Part shown: positions 50,486 through 58,667 of the stretch, piece after piece | How positions within the stretch are numbered: position 1 is the first letter of the stretch | Layout of the letters: every line of letters starts with the position of its first letter | Assembly: GCA_963523995.1 (NCBI GenBank) | Contig: CAURDR010000001.1 | Span: 238,021-302,020 of the forward strand | Length of the DNA stretch: 64,000 bases | Direction: 5' to 3' | From: an uncultured Candidatus Saccharibacteria bacterium | GTDB taxonomy: Bacteria > Patescibacteriota > Saccharimonadia > Saccharimonadales > Saccharimonadaceae | The notes under the pieces: model-generated | The model's database searches: none | What the model was told of the DNA's origin: nothing | The model's input: only the letters and a program-made list of their open reading frames with translations | Position numbers and translations under genes: made by a program

Positions 50486-52309
50486 TTATTGTTTCGCGGC
50501 GCGTTTTCGCTCGTTTGCGTCCAGATATCGCTTGCGAAGTCGTAATGATTTTGGCGTAACTTCCAAAAGCTCGTCATCTTCGATAAAGTCGATACATTGC
50601 TCCAGGCTAAACTGCGTAAATGGCGTCAATTGCACAGTTCCATCCGACGACTTGGAACGCATGTTGGTCAAATGCTTGGCTTTACAAACGTTGATTTCGA
50701 TATCTTCTTGGCGATTGTAAATCCCGACAATCATTCCGGCGTAAACTTCCGTACCCGGCCCGACCAATAATTCACCGCGCGCCTCCGCCGCTTGCAATGC
50801 GTAAGGTGTTGTTGTGCCAGCCTCAAACGCAATCAAAACTCCATTGCGAGTCTTTGGTAATTTTCCGCCAAGCGGTTGATATCCGTGAGGCAGGGAATTC
50901 ATAATCACCGTACCTCTGGTGGCGGTCAATAAAATATTGCGCAGACCAATCAGCGCTCTCGTTGGCAAAATGTAAGTCAGGCGAGCAGCGCCAGAGGTGG
51001 TCGTTTCCTGGGATTTCATTTCGGCGTGTCGCGCACCAAGTTCTTGGCTAATCGCGCCGATGAATTCGCTTCCAACTTCAATTTGCAATTCTTCAATCGG
51101 CTCTTTTTCGACGCCATCTTCGGTAATTGTAACAACTTGCGGTCGTCCAACTTCAAACTCAAATCCCTCACGTCGCATGGTTTCAATCAAAACACTCAAG
51201 TGCAATTCGCCGCGTCCAGAAATCGTAAAGCCAATTCCGTTTTCCTCAACGCGTAGCGCCACATTGGTCTCAAGCTCTCGCTTCAACCGGTCGCCAATTT
51301 GCCTGGATGTCGTAAACTCGCCTTCGCGCCCTTTCATTGGACTGGTGTTTGGTCCGAGGTACATGCTCAAAGTTGGAGCTTCAATGTCAATTGTTGGTAA
51401 CGCTTCAGGTTGTTCTTTGTCGGCAATCGTATCGCCAATATGCGCGTCAGCCACGCCAACCAGCGCCACAATGTCGCCAGCAAAAGCTTCGTCAAGTTCC
51501 TCACGATTTAATCCGCGATAGCCAAAAACTTTCTCAATTCGTGCCGAACCCGCGACTTCGCCATTTTTCATCAAACTGACTTGCAAGCCACGCTTAACAG
51601 ATCCGCGAGCAATTCGCCCAATCGCGTATTTTCCTTGGAATGTGTCATATTGTAGGCTGGTAACAAGCAATTGAAACGCGCCATCTTCTGTCACGTCTGG
51701 CGCTGGAATGTCGTTGATGATCGCGTCAAAAATTGGCGTTAAATCCGCGTCTTCGTCGGTGTTTGTAGGAATTTCTTTCCATGATTTTCCGTCGCGTCCG
51801 ATTGCGTAATAAATTGGATATTGCAATTGAGAATCGTCGGTTGCTAGCTCCAAAAACAGATCGCTCAACTCGTCTTCAACTTCGGCAATTCGCCTGGCTG
51901 GCTTGTCAATCTTATTGATAATCACGACAGGCTTCAGTCCCAGCTCAAGCGCCTTCGCTAATACGAATTTGGTCTGAGGCATCGGACCTTCCTGTGCATC
52001 CACGATCAGCAGAACGCCGTCGGCCATATTCAGGGTTCGCTCAACTTCGCCTGAGAAATCGGCGTGTCCTGGTGTGTCGATAATGTTTATCTTATAATCG
52101 CCGTAAAAAATCGACGTTTGCTTGGCGGTGATAGTGATACCGCGCTCGTGCTCTTGATCGCCGGAATCCATAATCAATTCCTGGCTCATCTCGGCTTGGT
52201 TGTCGCGGAATGTTCGCGACTGCTTTAATAGCCCGTCAACCATGGTCGTTTTGCCGTGGTCGACGTGGGCAATAATGGCAATGTTTCGAATCTTGCTAGC
52301 GTCCTTCAT
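50486..52309 (-). CDS. typA: Translational GTPase TypA/BipA
   Basis: [40 protein letters not shown]. Confidence 0.96.
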   Translation of the reverse strand: MKDASKIRNIAIIAHVDHGKTTMVDGLLKQSRTFRDNQAEMSQELIMDSGDQEHERGITITAKQTSIFYGDYKINIIDTPGHADFSGEVERTLNMADGVLLIVDAQEGPMPQTKFVLAKALELGLKPVVIINKIDKPARRIAEVEDELSDLFLELATDDSQLQYPIYYAIGRDGKSWKEIPTNTDEDADLTPIFDAIINDIPAPDVTEDGAFQLLVTSLQYDTFQGKYAIGRIARGSVKRGLQVSLMKNGEVAGSARIEKVFGYRGLNREELDEAFAGDIVALVGVADAHIGDTIADKEQPEALPTIDIEAPTLSMYLGPNTSPMKGREGEFTTSRQIGDRLKRELETNVALRVEENGIGFTISGRGELHLSVLIETMRREGFEFEVGRPQVVTITEDGVEKEPIEELQIEVGSEFIGAISQELGARHAEMKSQETTTSGAARLTYILPTRALIGLRNILLTATRGTVIMNSLPHGYQPLGGKLPKTRNGVLIAFEAGTTTPYALQAAEARGELLVGPGTEVYAGMIVGIYNRQEDIEINVCKAKHLTNMRSKSSDGTVQLTPFTQFSLEQCIDFIEDDELLEVTPKSLRLRKRYLDANERKRAAKQ

Positions 52310-52574
52310 AAAAATATGGCCTGATATTAGCACAGACCTTCCTTTAAGGTAATTATATCACGAAATAATAGAGGTGAAAAGTTTTTAGAAGATGGCGCTA
52401 AGAAGTGTATCTAATTATAGTTTGTGTTATTTTTTCGGTTGACATTAAATAAATAAAAAGTTAATCTGGCGGCGGCTGTGTTGATTTTTTTATGTCCATG
52501 TGATATAAATAATAAACTAATTTCATCAATGAACTTATCGATATAAGAGATGACTATTAAGGAGAGGATAATTT

Positions 52575-52856
52575 ATGTCTGGCGAGCTACAGCCTTTTGA
52601 TACTGAAAGATATGTTGAAGAATTGAGTCGTATAATTGGGGAGCTTGGAGACATCGCAACTAGAGGGTCAGGGTTAGATGCCGAAGTGAAAAAGCTTACA
52701 TCGAAGGCTGAAGGTATTCTTGGAATATTGGGGTGCGTTTTGTGGTGCGCTACTTATCCTGACCGCGAAGAAGCGTTATCTGATGAGGATGCAGAGAGCG
52801 AATGGAAAATGGAATCTTTGCTAGAAGATATGGAATATAGAGACTATTATTTATAG
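52575..52856 (+). CDS. Small acidic hypothetical protein
   Basis: GGAGAGG SD; converges on tRNA-Val. Confidence 0.6.
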   Translation: MSGELQPFDTERYVEELSRIIGELGDIATRGSGLDAEVKKLTSKAEGILGILGCVLWCATYPDREEALSDEDAESEWKMESLLEDMEYRDYYL

Positions 52857-52899
52857 CACAAGTTTCATGCTTGTTCCAATTATTAAAAATTGTCAAAAA

Positions 52900-52976
52900 T
52901 GGTGGGAAATACAGGGCTCGAACCTGTGACCTCACGAATGTGAATCGTGCGCTCTAGCCAACTGAGCTAATTTCCC
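52900..52976 (-). tRNA. tRNA-Val(CAC)
   Basis: cacga-ttCACat-tcgtg; TTCGAGC; CCA. Confidence 0.93.
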
Positions 52977-53066
52977 GTAATTACATCTGTCGTTTTATTT
53001 AACAAATTCGTGATGTGAGATAATTATAGTTCAGGTTTCAAGTCCTGACAAGTTACGCCGAGCATA

Positions 53067-53296
53067 TTCTATTGACTTTTTTACGCAAGTGTGGTATAAA
53101 TGAAAGTAGCTTTCGCTGATGAGTTGAGTAAATCCTTGTCCGAAAGTGAACTTTGACAGGCAATCGAACACAAGATGAGGTTTTATTTCTTTTTAACCCG
53201 CCATAAGAGAACTAAGATCTCATCTTGTGTTGTTAAGAGAACAATGCTTCGCTGCACACCCGCAGAGATGAGAACACCAGAAGAAAGGTGAAAACC
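53067..53296 (+). promoter_or_regulatory. Cassette A promoter and structured 5' leader
   Basis: TTGACT(53072-77)-17 nt-TATAAA(53095-100); stems 53103-15/53141-54 and 53167-79/53219-31; near-identical to the reverse complement of 56466-56593. Confidence 0.9.
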
Positions 53297-53779
53297 ATGC
53301 CTACCTATGCCGTAGAGGTGATTAGTCATCTCATCAATGACGCATATTCGAATTATCTCGAATTTAGTCGTCTCCTTCGTCAATGGGGAACTGCATCCCT
53401 GTCCCTAAAAGTTCCATCAGAGGAACAGCAGAGGTTTCGACAGATGAATCGCGATGCGATGGAGGCAATGAAGTCGATGAAGGACTACGCTGAGTCTCTG
53501 TGCCGCGAAAATTACGGCTCTTCGCTGACGCAAATCGGGGAAGAAGTTTACTCTCAGGCTCAAGTATGCATTGATGCTATTTCAGCTCGGTCTGAATGAT
53601 GCATTGAGGAACTGCCATACAGAGAGCATGCGTATAAAACTTCTGTGGACAGTCATACGAACGCACTCCTTGAGCTACTCCGAAGGGTCAAGCGTGCAGG
53701 TGACATCTTGAAGAAGTCTGATGAATTCGAGTCCGTTCGGGCTTACCAACTTTATCAGTACTACAGGTACATCTCGTAG
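53297..53779 (+). pseudogene. Cassette A cargo ORF interrupted by an in-frame TGA at 53597-99 (100 aa, or 160 aa if read through)
   Basis: The frame stays open for 59 more codons to TAG 53777-79, just before the trailer. Confidence 0.6.
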
Positions 53780-53789
53780 ACGCCCCGTC

Positions 53790-53882
53790 TCTACATGACA
53801 GGTGATTGTTCTTTTACGATTGCCTGTCATGTAGACTCTGAACTTATAACATTAAAAATCACCCTAACTACGGGTGATTTTC
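53790..53882 (+). repeat. Cassette A 3' trailer hairpin plus bidirectional terminator
   Basis: tctacatgacagg/cctgtcatgtaga; cgattgcctgtca (53817-29) complements leader 53154-66; aaaatcaccc/gggtgatttt. Confidence 0.85.
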
Positions 53883-53905
53883 TTATGGTGAAAAATTTCA
53901 GTTCT

Positions 53906-53990
53906 TGGTGCGGATGAAAGGACTTGAACCTTCACGCCGTGAGGCACATGCTCCTAAGGCATGCGTGTCTACCAATTCCACCACATCCGC
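53906..53990 (-). tRNA. tRNA-Leu(TAG)
   Basis: catgc-ctTAGga-gcatg; long variable arm; CCA. Confidence 0.95.
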
Positions 53991-54074
53991 ATAACCCGAT
54001 TATATCAAAACAAATTCTACTTATCAACTGCCCGCGCTTATGTTAAAATTGAAGTAACATACTAAGGAGGGTTG

Positions 54075-55685
54075 ATGAATAAAGTTGCGAAATATTTGAA
54101 TGAACATCTTAGTGGCGAAGTCGTGTCGCAGGATTTTGCATTGAGTCAAGTTGAAGTTGACAATGGACTTTTGGCGCGCCGACCAGAAATGATTGTTCGT
54201 GCGGCTAATATGAACGACATCAGGAAAGTGATGCGATTTTGTTCTCAATTGGCAGAGAAAGGTCATGTTTTACCTGTATTTGTTCGTGGTTGTGGCAATG
54301 ATGAAACTGGCGCAGCGACGAATAAAGGTATTGCAATTGACGAAAAAACGTATATGAATCGTGTGATTGGTATTGATCCTCGCCAGCAACTGATTCATGC
54401 TCAAGCGGGGATTTCTCTTTCGGCAATCAACGCAACTTTGTCTACTCATAAAGGCTTGGGTCTGCCGCGAACTTCATATGTGGCGGAAGAAGGCACGATT
54501 GGTGGCGCAATTAACACAGCTCCGTCCGGAGTGTTATCTGGCGCGCATGGTCGTTTTGCTGACACGATTCAGCAGCTTGAAATTGTCCTAAGTAATGGTG
54601 ACGTGATTCAGACTGGGCGCATATCTCGACGCGAATTAAGTAAGAAAAAAGGATTATCGACGTTTGAGGGCGAGATTTATCGAGAGATTGACAATTTAAT
54701 CTCAGATAGCACCGAGCTGATTTCGCAAATGGATCCAGCTTTGCCAGATACGGTTGGCTACAGCGGGATTTCTCGAGTGAAGCAAAAAGACGGGTCGTTT
54801 GACCTGACACCGCTGTTTATTGGTAGTCAGGGAAGTCTGGGCGTGATTTGCGAAGTTATTATGAAGGCGCAATTTATTCGTCCAGAATATTCAGTCGTTG
54901 CCGCATCATATAAAAAGTTGCCAGACGCGCAATCAGCCGTGGAATTAGCGATGAAAAATAAGGCGTCGGCGGTGGAAATAATCGACGGGCGATTCTTCCG
55001 TCAGGCTGCGGTCGTCGGTAAAGTGGTTGAGTGGGCGCCGAAAGAATGCTTTAAGGGTGTGGTGGTCTTGGCTATCTTTGACGACTTTTCTGATAGAGCG
55101 CGTAATAAAGCCGCGAAGAAATTGACTCGAAAATTGGAATCATCAGAAGCGATTGACATAAAAACTCTGCACTTGGAAGAGCAGGATTTGTTCAGCTTAC
55201 ACTCTGTTTTGGCTTTGGCGGAAACTCCAAGCGAGCCGCATATGATTACGCCACGCGTTTTCTCAGGGATTTTAATGGCGCCAGAAAAGATTGATAGTTT
55301 CCTTAGTGAGTTGAAGTCGTTGGAATCTAAGTACGGCGTGGATTTGCCAGTTTTTGTTGATTTTTCAAGCGATTATATTTCTCTACATCCGACGTTTGAT
55401 AGTAAAAAGGTGAGTGAACGCCAGAAGATTCTTCAGTTGTTGGCGGAAATTTCTCAGATTGTTGATAAGTATGAAGGTTCTTTTGCGGGCTTTGGTGGTG
55501 ACGGAAGATTGAAAGCTAACTTTATTTATAAGAACCTGCCAGATGATGAAAAACAATTATACGCGAAGGTGAAAAAAATCTTTGATCCAGCTGGAATTTT
55601 TAATCCAGGAATTAAAGCGGAAGCTCAGCCAAAGGAGTTGGCGGCGGAGTTAAACGCGTGGTGTAAGCTTCGTAATCAAGCTTGA
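54075..55685 (+). CDS. FAD-binding oxidoreductase (GlcD/D-lactate dehydrogenase-like)
   Basis: GTIGGAI, FIGSQGSLGVI, KKIFDPAGIFNPG. Confidence 0.85.
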   Translation: MNKVAKYLNEHLSGEVVSQDFALSQVEVDNGLLARRPEMIVRAANMNDIRKVMRFCSQLAEKGHVLPVFVRGCGNDETGAATNKGIAIDEKTYMNRVIGIDPRQQLIHAQAGISLSAINATLSTHKGLGLPRTSYVAEEGTIGGAINTAPSGVLSGAHGRFADTIQQLEIVLSNGDVIQTGRISRRELSKKKGLSTFEGEIYREIDNLISDSTELISQMDPALPDTVGYSGISRVKQKDGSFDLTPLFIGSQGSLGVICEVIMKAQFIRPEYSVVAASYKKLPDAQSAVELAMKNKASAVEIIDGRFFRQAAVVGKVVEWAPKECFKGVVVLAIFDDFSDRARNKAAKKLTRKLESSEAIDIKTLHLEEQDLFSLHSVLALAETPSEPHMITPRVFSGILMAPEKIDSFLSELKSLESKYGVDLPVFVDFSSDYISLHPTFDSKKVSERQKILQLLAEISQIVDKYEGSFAGFGGDGRLKANFIYKNLPDDEKQLYAKVKKIFDPAGIFNPGIKAEAQPKELAAELNAWCKLRNQA

Positions 55686-55725
55686 TGTTGGGCGAGAATT
55701 GGGCTATAATTGACGCGTAGCCCAT

Positions 55726-55812
55726 GCGGATGTGGCGGAATTGGTAGACGCGCTAGCTTCAGGTGCTAGTGTACGCAAGTACGTGAAGGTTCAAGTCCTT
55801 TCATCCGCACCA
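55726..55812 (+). tRNA. tRNA-Leu(CAG)
   Basis: ctagc-ttCAGgt-gctag; long variable arm; CCA. Confidence 0.95.
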
Positions 55813-55837
55813 ATATTTGACAATTTTTCACCATAAG

Positions 55838-55927
55838 AAAATCACCCATTCTCAGGGTGATTTTTAATAACATAAGTTCAGAGTCTACATGACAGGCAAT
55901 CGTAAGAACAACCGCCTGCCATGTAGA
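55838..55927 (-). repeat. Cassette B 3' trailer hairpin plus bidirectional terminator
   Basis: Inverted homolog of 53790-53882; tgacaggcaatcg (55890-902) complements leader 56494-506. Confidence 0.85.
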
Positions 55928-55939
55928 AATTGGAAATTG

Positions 55940-56359
55940 CTAGAGTTCCATGACGAAACTCTGGGAGAGTCCCATGACGTGGAACAGAGACCTACGGATC
56001 ATGATCTGGAGATCGGTCACCAAATCCGCCTCCTCTTCATCCTCCATGGGGATATTCCCCAAGGTTTTCTCGACGGTTTTGAATTCAAGTGCGGCCGAAA
56101 TGGTCACGTCGAGGACCTTTTCTGCAAACGCTTCCTTGTTAATTTCCTCCTCGTCATACTCCTCACAAATGTGTGTGAGACCCACGAGATTTTCAATATG
56201 AGTCTCGGCTGAACGGACGGAAGCTTCGAAAAGGATCCCCTTGATGGGGTCTTGAAAATGGAATTCATCATCAAGGATGGCGCGCCTGAGACTATCCCAG
56301 TATAGCCTGGTTACCATAGCAAGCATGGTAAGGTTTTCCATGTAGGTGCTGAATTTCAT
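55940..56359 (-). CDS. Cassette B cargo protein (139 aa, acidic, unknown function)
   Basis: ATG 56359 after GGAAGGTG SD; lies between leader and trailer. Confidence 0.8.
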   Translation of the reverse strand: MKFSTYMENLTMLAMVTRLYWDSLRRAILDDEFHFQDPIKGILFEASVRSAETHIENLVGLTHICEEYDEEEINKEAFAEKVLDVTISAALEFKTVEKTLGNIPMEDEEEADLVTDLQIMIRRSLFHVMGLSQSFVMEL

Positions 56360-56593
56360 GGTGGTATTCACCTTCCTGGTGTTCTCTCATCTGCTCATCT
56401 GCGGGAGTGCAGTGTATTGTTCTTTCAATACAAGATGAGATCTTATCTCTCTTATGATGGTTCTAAAAAAGAAATAAAACCTCACCTTGTATTCGATTGC
56501 CTGTCAAAGTACGCTTTCGGACAAGGATTTACTCAACTCATCAACGAAAGCTACTCTCATTTATACCACACTTGCGTAAAAAAGTCAATAGAA
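56360..56593 (-). promoter_or_regulatory. Cassette B promoter and structured 5' leader
   Basis: TTGACT(56588-83)-17 nt-TATAAA(56565-60); homolog of the cassette A leader. Confidence 0.9.
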
Positions 56594-56642
56594 GGCTCTC
56601 GATTTTTGTTATTTATTCAAGAACTTTGATAAAATAACAGAG

Positions 56643-57167
56643 ATGGAAGATAAAAGAAATGTCATTGATAAATTTAAGGGTCGGAGCGAATCGGAGATTA
56701 TAAATGAGTTGGATTCTGAGGATCACGGTTTGATGATTGCGCTGGAAAATACCGAACGAGATTTTAATATGGGGACAATTGTCAGGAGCGCTAATGCGTT
56801 TGGCGTGCGGCAGATTTATGTAATTGGGCGCAGGCAGTGGAATAAGCGCGGCGCCATGATGACGGATAAATATCTTCACATTATGTATCTGGCGACGACG
56901 GAAGAGTTTGTTGAGAAAATGCGGACTGAAGGTAGGGAAATTATTGCGATTGATAATATCGAGGGTAGCGTGAATATGTCGCAAACGTCGTTACCAAAGC
57001 ACGCGGTTTTGGTGTTTGGGCAAGAAGGTCCGGGGATTTCTGCGGAGCTGGCTGGCGCTGCGGATAAGATTGTGGCGATTGAGCAATTCGGCTCGACTCG
57101 CTCCATAAACGTCGGTGCGGCAGCGACTGTGGCGATGTATTGTTGGCTGCAGCAGAATGTGCTATAA
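56643..57167 (+). CDS. TrmH/SpoU family RNA methyltransferase
   Basis: NMGTIVRSANAF, FGQEGPG, RSINVGAA. Confidence 0.9.
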   Translation: MEDKRNVIDKFKGRSESEIINELDSEDHGLMIALENTERDFNMGTIVRSANAFGVRQIYVIGRRQWNKRGAMMTDKYLHIMYLATTEEFVEKMRTEGREIIAIDNIEGSVNMSQTSLPKHAVLVFGQEGPGISAELAGAADKIVAIEQFGSTRSINVGAAATVAMYCWLQQNVL

Positions 57168-57174
57168 TAGTATC

Positions 57175-57219
57175 ATGATTTTACCTAAATTCCATCATTC
57201 ACACGTGTTGCCGAGGTAG
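57175..57219 (+). CDS. Putative His-rich leader peptide MILPKFHHSHVLPR
   Basis: Three His codons within four; ATG 6 nt after TGcTATAAT; upstream of hisS. Confidence 0.7.
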   Translation: MILPKFHHSHVLPR

Positions 57220-57266
57220 GACTCTGATTTTTGATTGTACGCGCCGAGTTCTGCCTCGGCGTTTTT
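57210..57266 (+). promoter_or_regulatory. Attenuator (terminator and alternative stem) of hisS
   Basis: Terminator cgccgag/ctcggcg-ttttt (57242-66); alternative pairing 57210-24 with 57246-60. Confidence 0.7.
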
Positions 57267-57306
57267 GATTGCTATAAATAAGAAATAATGACATAATGGA
57301 GTTAAC

Positions 57307-58641
57307 ATGAGCAGTTTATCTACACAAAGTTACAAAGGTTCGCGAGACTATTTTCCAGAGGAAAAGCGTCTGCAGAATTATATTTTTAATGTTTGGCACA
57401 AGACGGTTGAGAGTTTTGGCTATGAAGAATATGGCGCGCCGCTGCTGGAGCCGCTAGATATTTATTTGGCGAAGTCGGGTCAGGAATTGGCGGGCGAGCA
57501 AACATACGCTTTTGAAGATCGTGGCGGTCGAATGGTGGCGATTCGTCCTGAGATGACGCCGTCGATTTCTCGAATGGTGGCGGCTAAGCGTCAGGAATTG
57601 GCGATGCCTGCGCGGCTGTATTCCATTGCTAATTTTATGCGCTATGAACGGCCGCAACGTGGGCGTGAGCGTGAGTTTTGGCAATTGAACGCGGATTTGT
57701 TTGGTGTGGACGGCGCGGCGGCGGACGCGGAGATTATTGAGCTGAGCCACGCTAGCGTGATGAATTTTGGCGCCAAGCAAGAAATGTTTACCGTCAGGGT
57801 TAATAATCGCCAATTGATCAATCGTCTAATGAGTCAATTCTTGAAGCTGGATATTGTTGGTTCGACGATGATGATGAAGTTGCTTGATAGGAAAAATAAG
57901 ATTCCTGCCGAAGAATTTAAGCGTCAGGCGATTGAGATTTTTGGCAATCAAGCGTCAGAGGGTTTGCCGAAGCTAGCAAAAATGATCAGCATTAAGTCTG
58001 TTGATGATTTGCCGAGCGAATTGATGGAAGATGAAAGTGTTAAGCAGCTTCGCGAAGTGATGAAATTGCTTAGCCAAAAAGGCATCACGAATGCGATGTT
58101 TGATGTTACTTTGATGCGCGGTCTGGACTATTACACGGGCATGGTTTTTGAGCTTTTTGACAATTCGCCAGAGAATAATCGAGCGTTATTTGGCGGCGGA
58201 CGATATGACGGATTGGTCGGTCTATTTGGCGTTGAACCGATTGCTACGGTCGGCGTTGGAATGGGCGCGACAACGATGGAGCAATTTTTGGAAGTGCACG
58301 GCCTATTGCCTAAATTGGCGTCTAAAACAGATGTATATATAATTCCGGTGTCAAAAGAATCTATGGCTGGCGCGGACGATTTGGCGCGAAAATTGCGCAG
58401 TGAAGGTGTGCGAGCAGAACTGGATATCACTGGTAGAAAGATTGACAAGCAGATAAAAGCGGCGTTAAAAAAGCAAATTCCGTTTGCTGTGTTCGTGGGT
58501 GAGGATGAAATTGCTAGCGGCGCATACACGGTTCGAAACTTGGTGGAATCTGATGAGCAGAAGGTTGGCGCTGAACGAATCGTGACAATTGTCAAAGATC
58601 GTCGATATGATGGCGATGAAGACGCTCTGTTTGAGGTATAA
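57307..58641 (+). CDS. hisS: Histidine--tRNA ligase
   Basis: RPEMTPS, RYERPQRGREREFWQ, RGLDYYTG, GGGRYDGL. Confidence 0.97.
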   Translation: MSSLSTQSYKGSRDYFPEEKRLQNYIFNVWHKTVESFGYEEYGAPLLEPLDIYLAKSGQELAGEQTYAFEDRGGRMVAIRPEMTPSISRMVAAKRQELAMPARLYSIANFMRYERPQRGREREFWQLNADLFGVDGAAADAEIIELSHASVMNFGAKQEMFTVRVNNRQLINRLMSQFLKLDIVGSTMMMKLLDRKNKIPAEEFKRQAIEIFGNQASEGLPKLAKMISIKSVDDLPSELMEDESVKQLREVMKLLSQKGITNAMFDVTLMRGLDYYTGMVFELFDNSPENNRALFGGGRYDGLVGLFGVEPIATVGVGMGATTMEQFLEVHGLLPKLASKTDVYIIPVSKESMAGADDLARKLRSEGVRAELDITGRKIDKQIKAALKKQIPFAVFVGEDEIASGAYTVRNLVESDEQKVGAERIVTIVKDRRYDGDEDALFEV

Positions 58642-58667
58642 CCTGATATCTGTTATAATTAGTCTTT

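Noticed and set aside
53031..53048. tcagg-tttcaagt-cctga resembles a tRNA T-arm remnant just upstream of cassette A
   Set aside because: 8-nt loop, no cloverleaf, and absent upstream of copies B and C
53116..53146. CTGATGAG...CGAAA in the cassette A leader resembles a hammerhead ribozyme core
   Set aside because: B has TTGATGAG and C has TTGACAAG; no convincing stems I-III; CGAAAG is better explained as the partner of CTTTCG in stem 1
53183..53383. Short ORFs over the cassette leaders (53183-53383, 56417-56629, 20627-20851, 55889-56212)
   Set aside because: Antisense shadows; frames are not conserved between copies
53597..53599. Genome-wide TGA recoding (code 25 or 4)
   Set aside because: Conserved genes such as gatA and dnaE end properly at TGA, and no housekeeping gene is broken by internal TGA
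53067..56593. Cassettes as retron, DGR, IS/MITE or integron cassettes
   Set aside because: No reverse transcriptase, transposase or integron integrase in the window; no target-site duplications or attC GTTRRRY ends seen. A trans-acting enzyme elsewhere in the genome cannot be excluded
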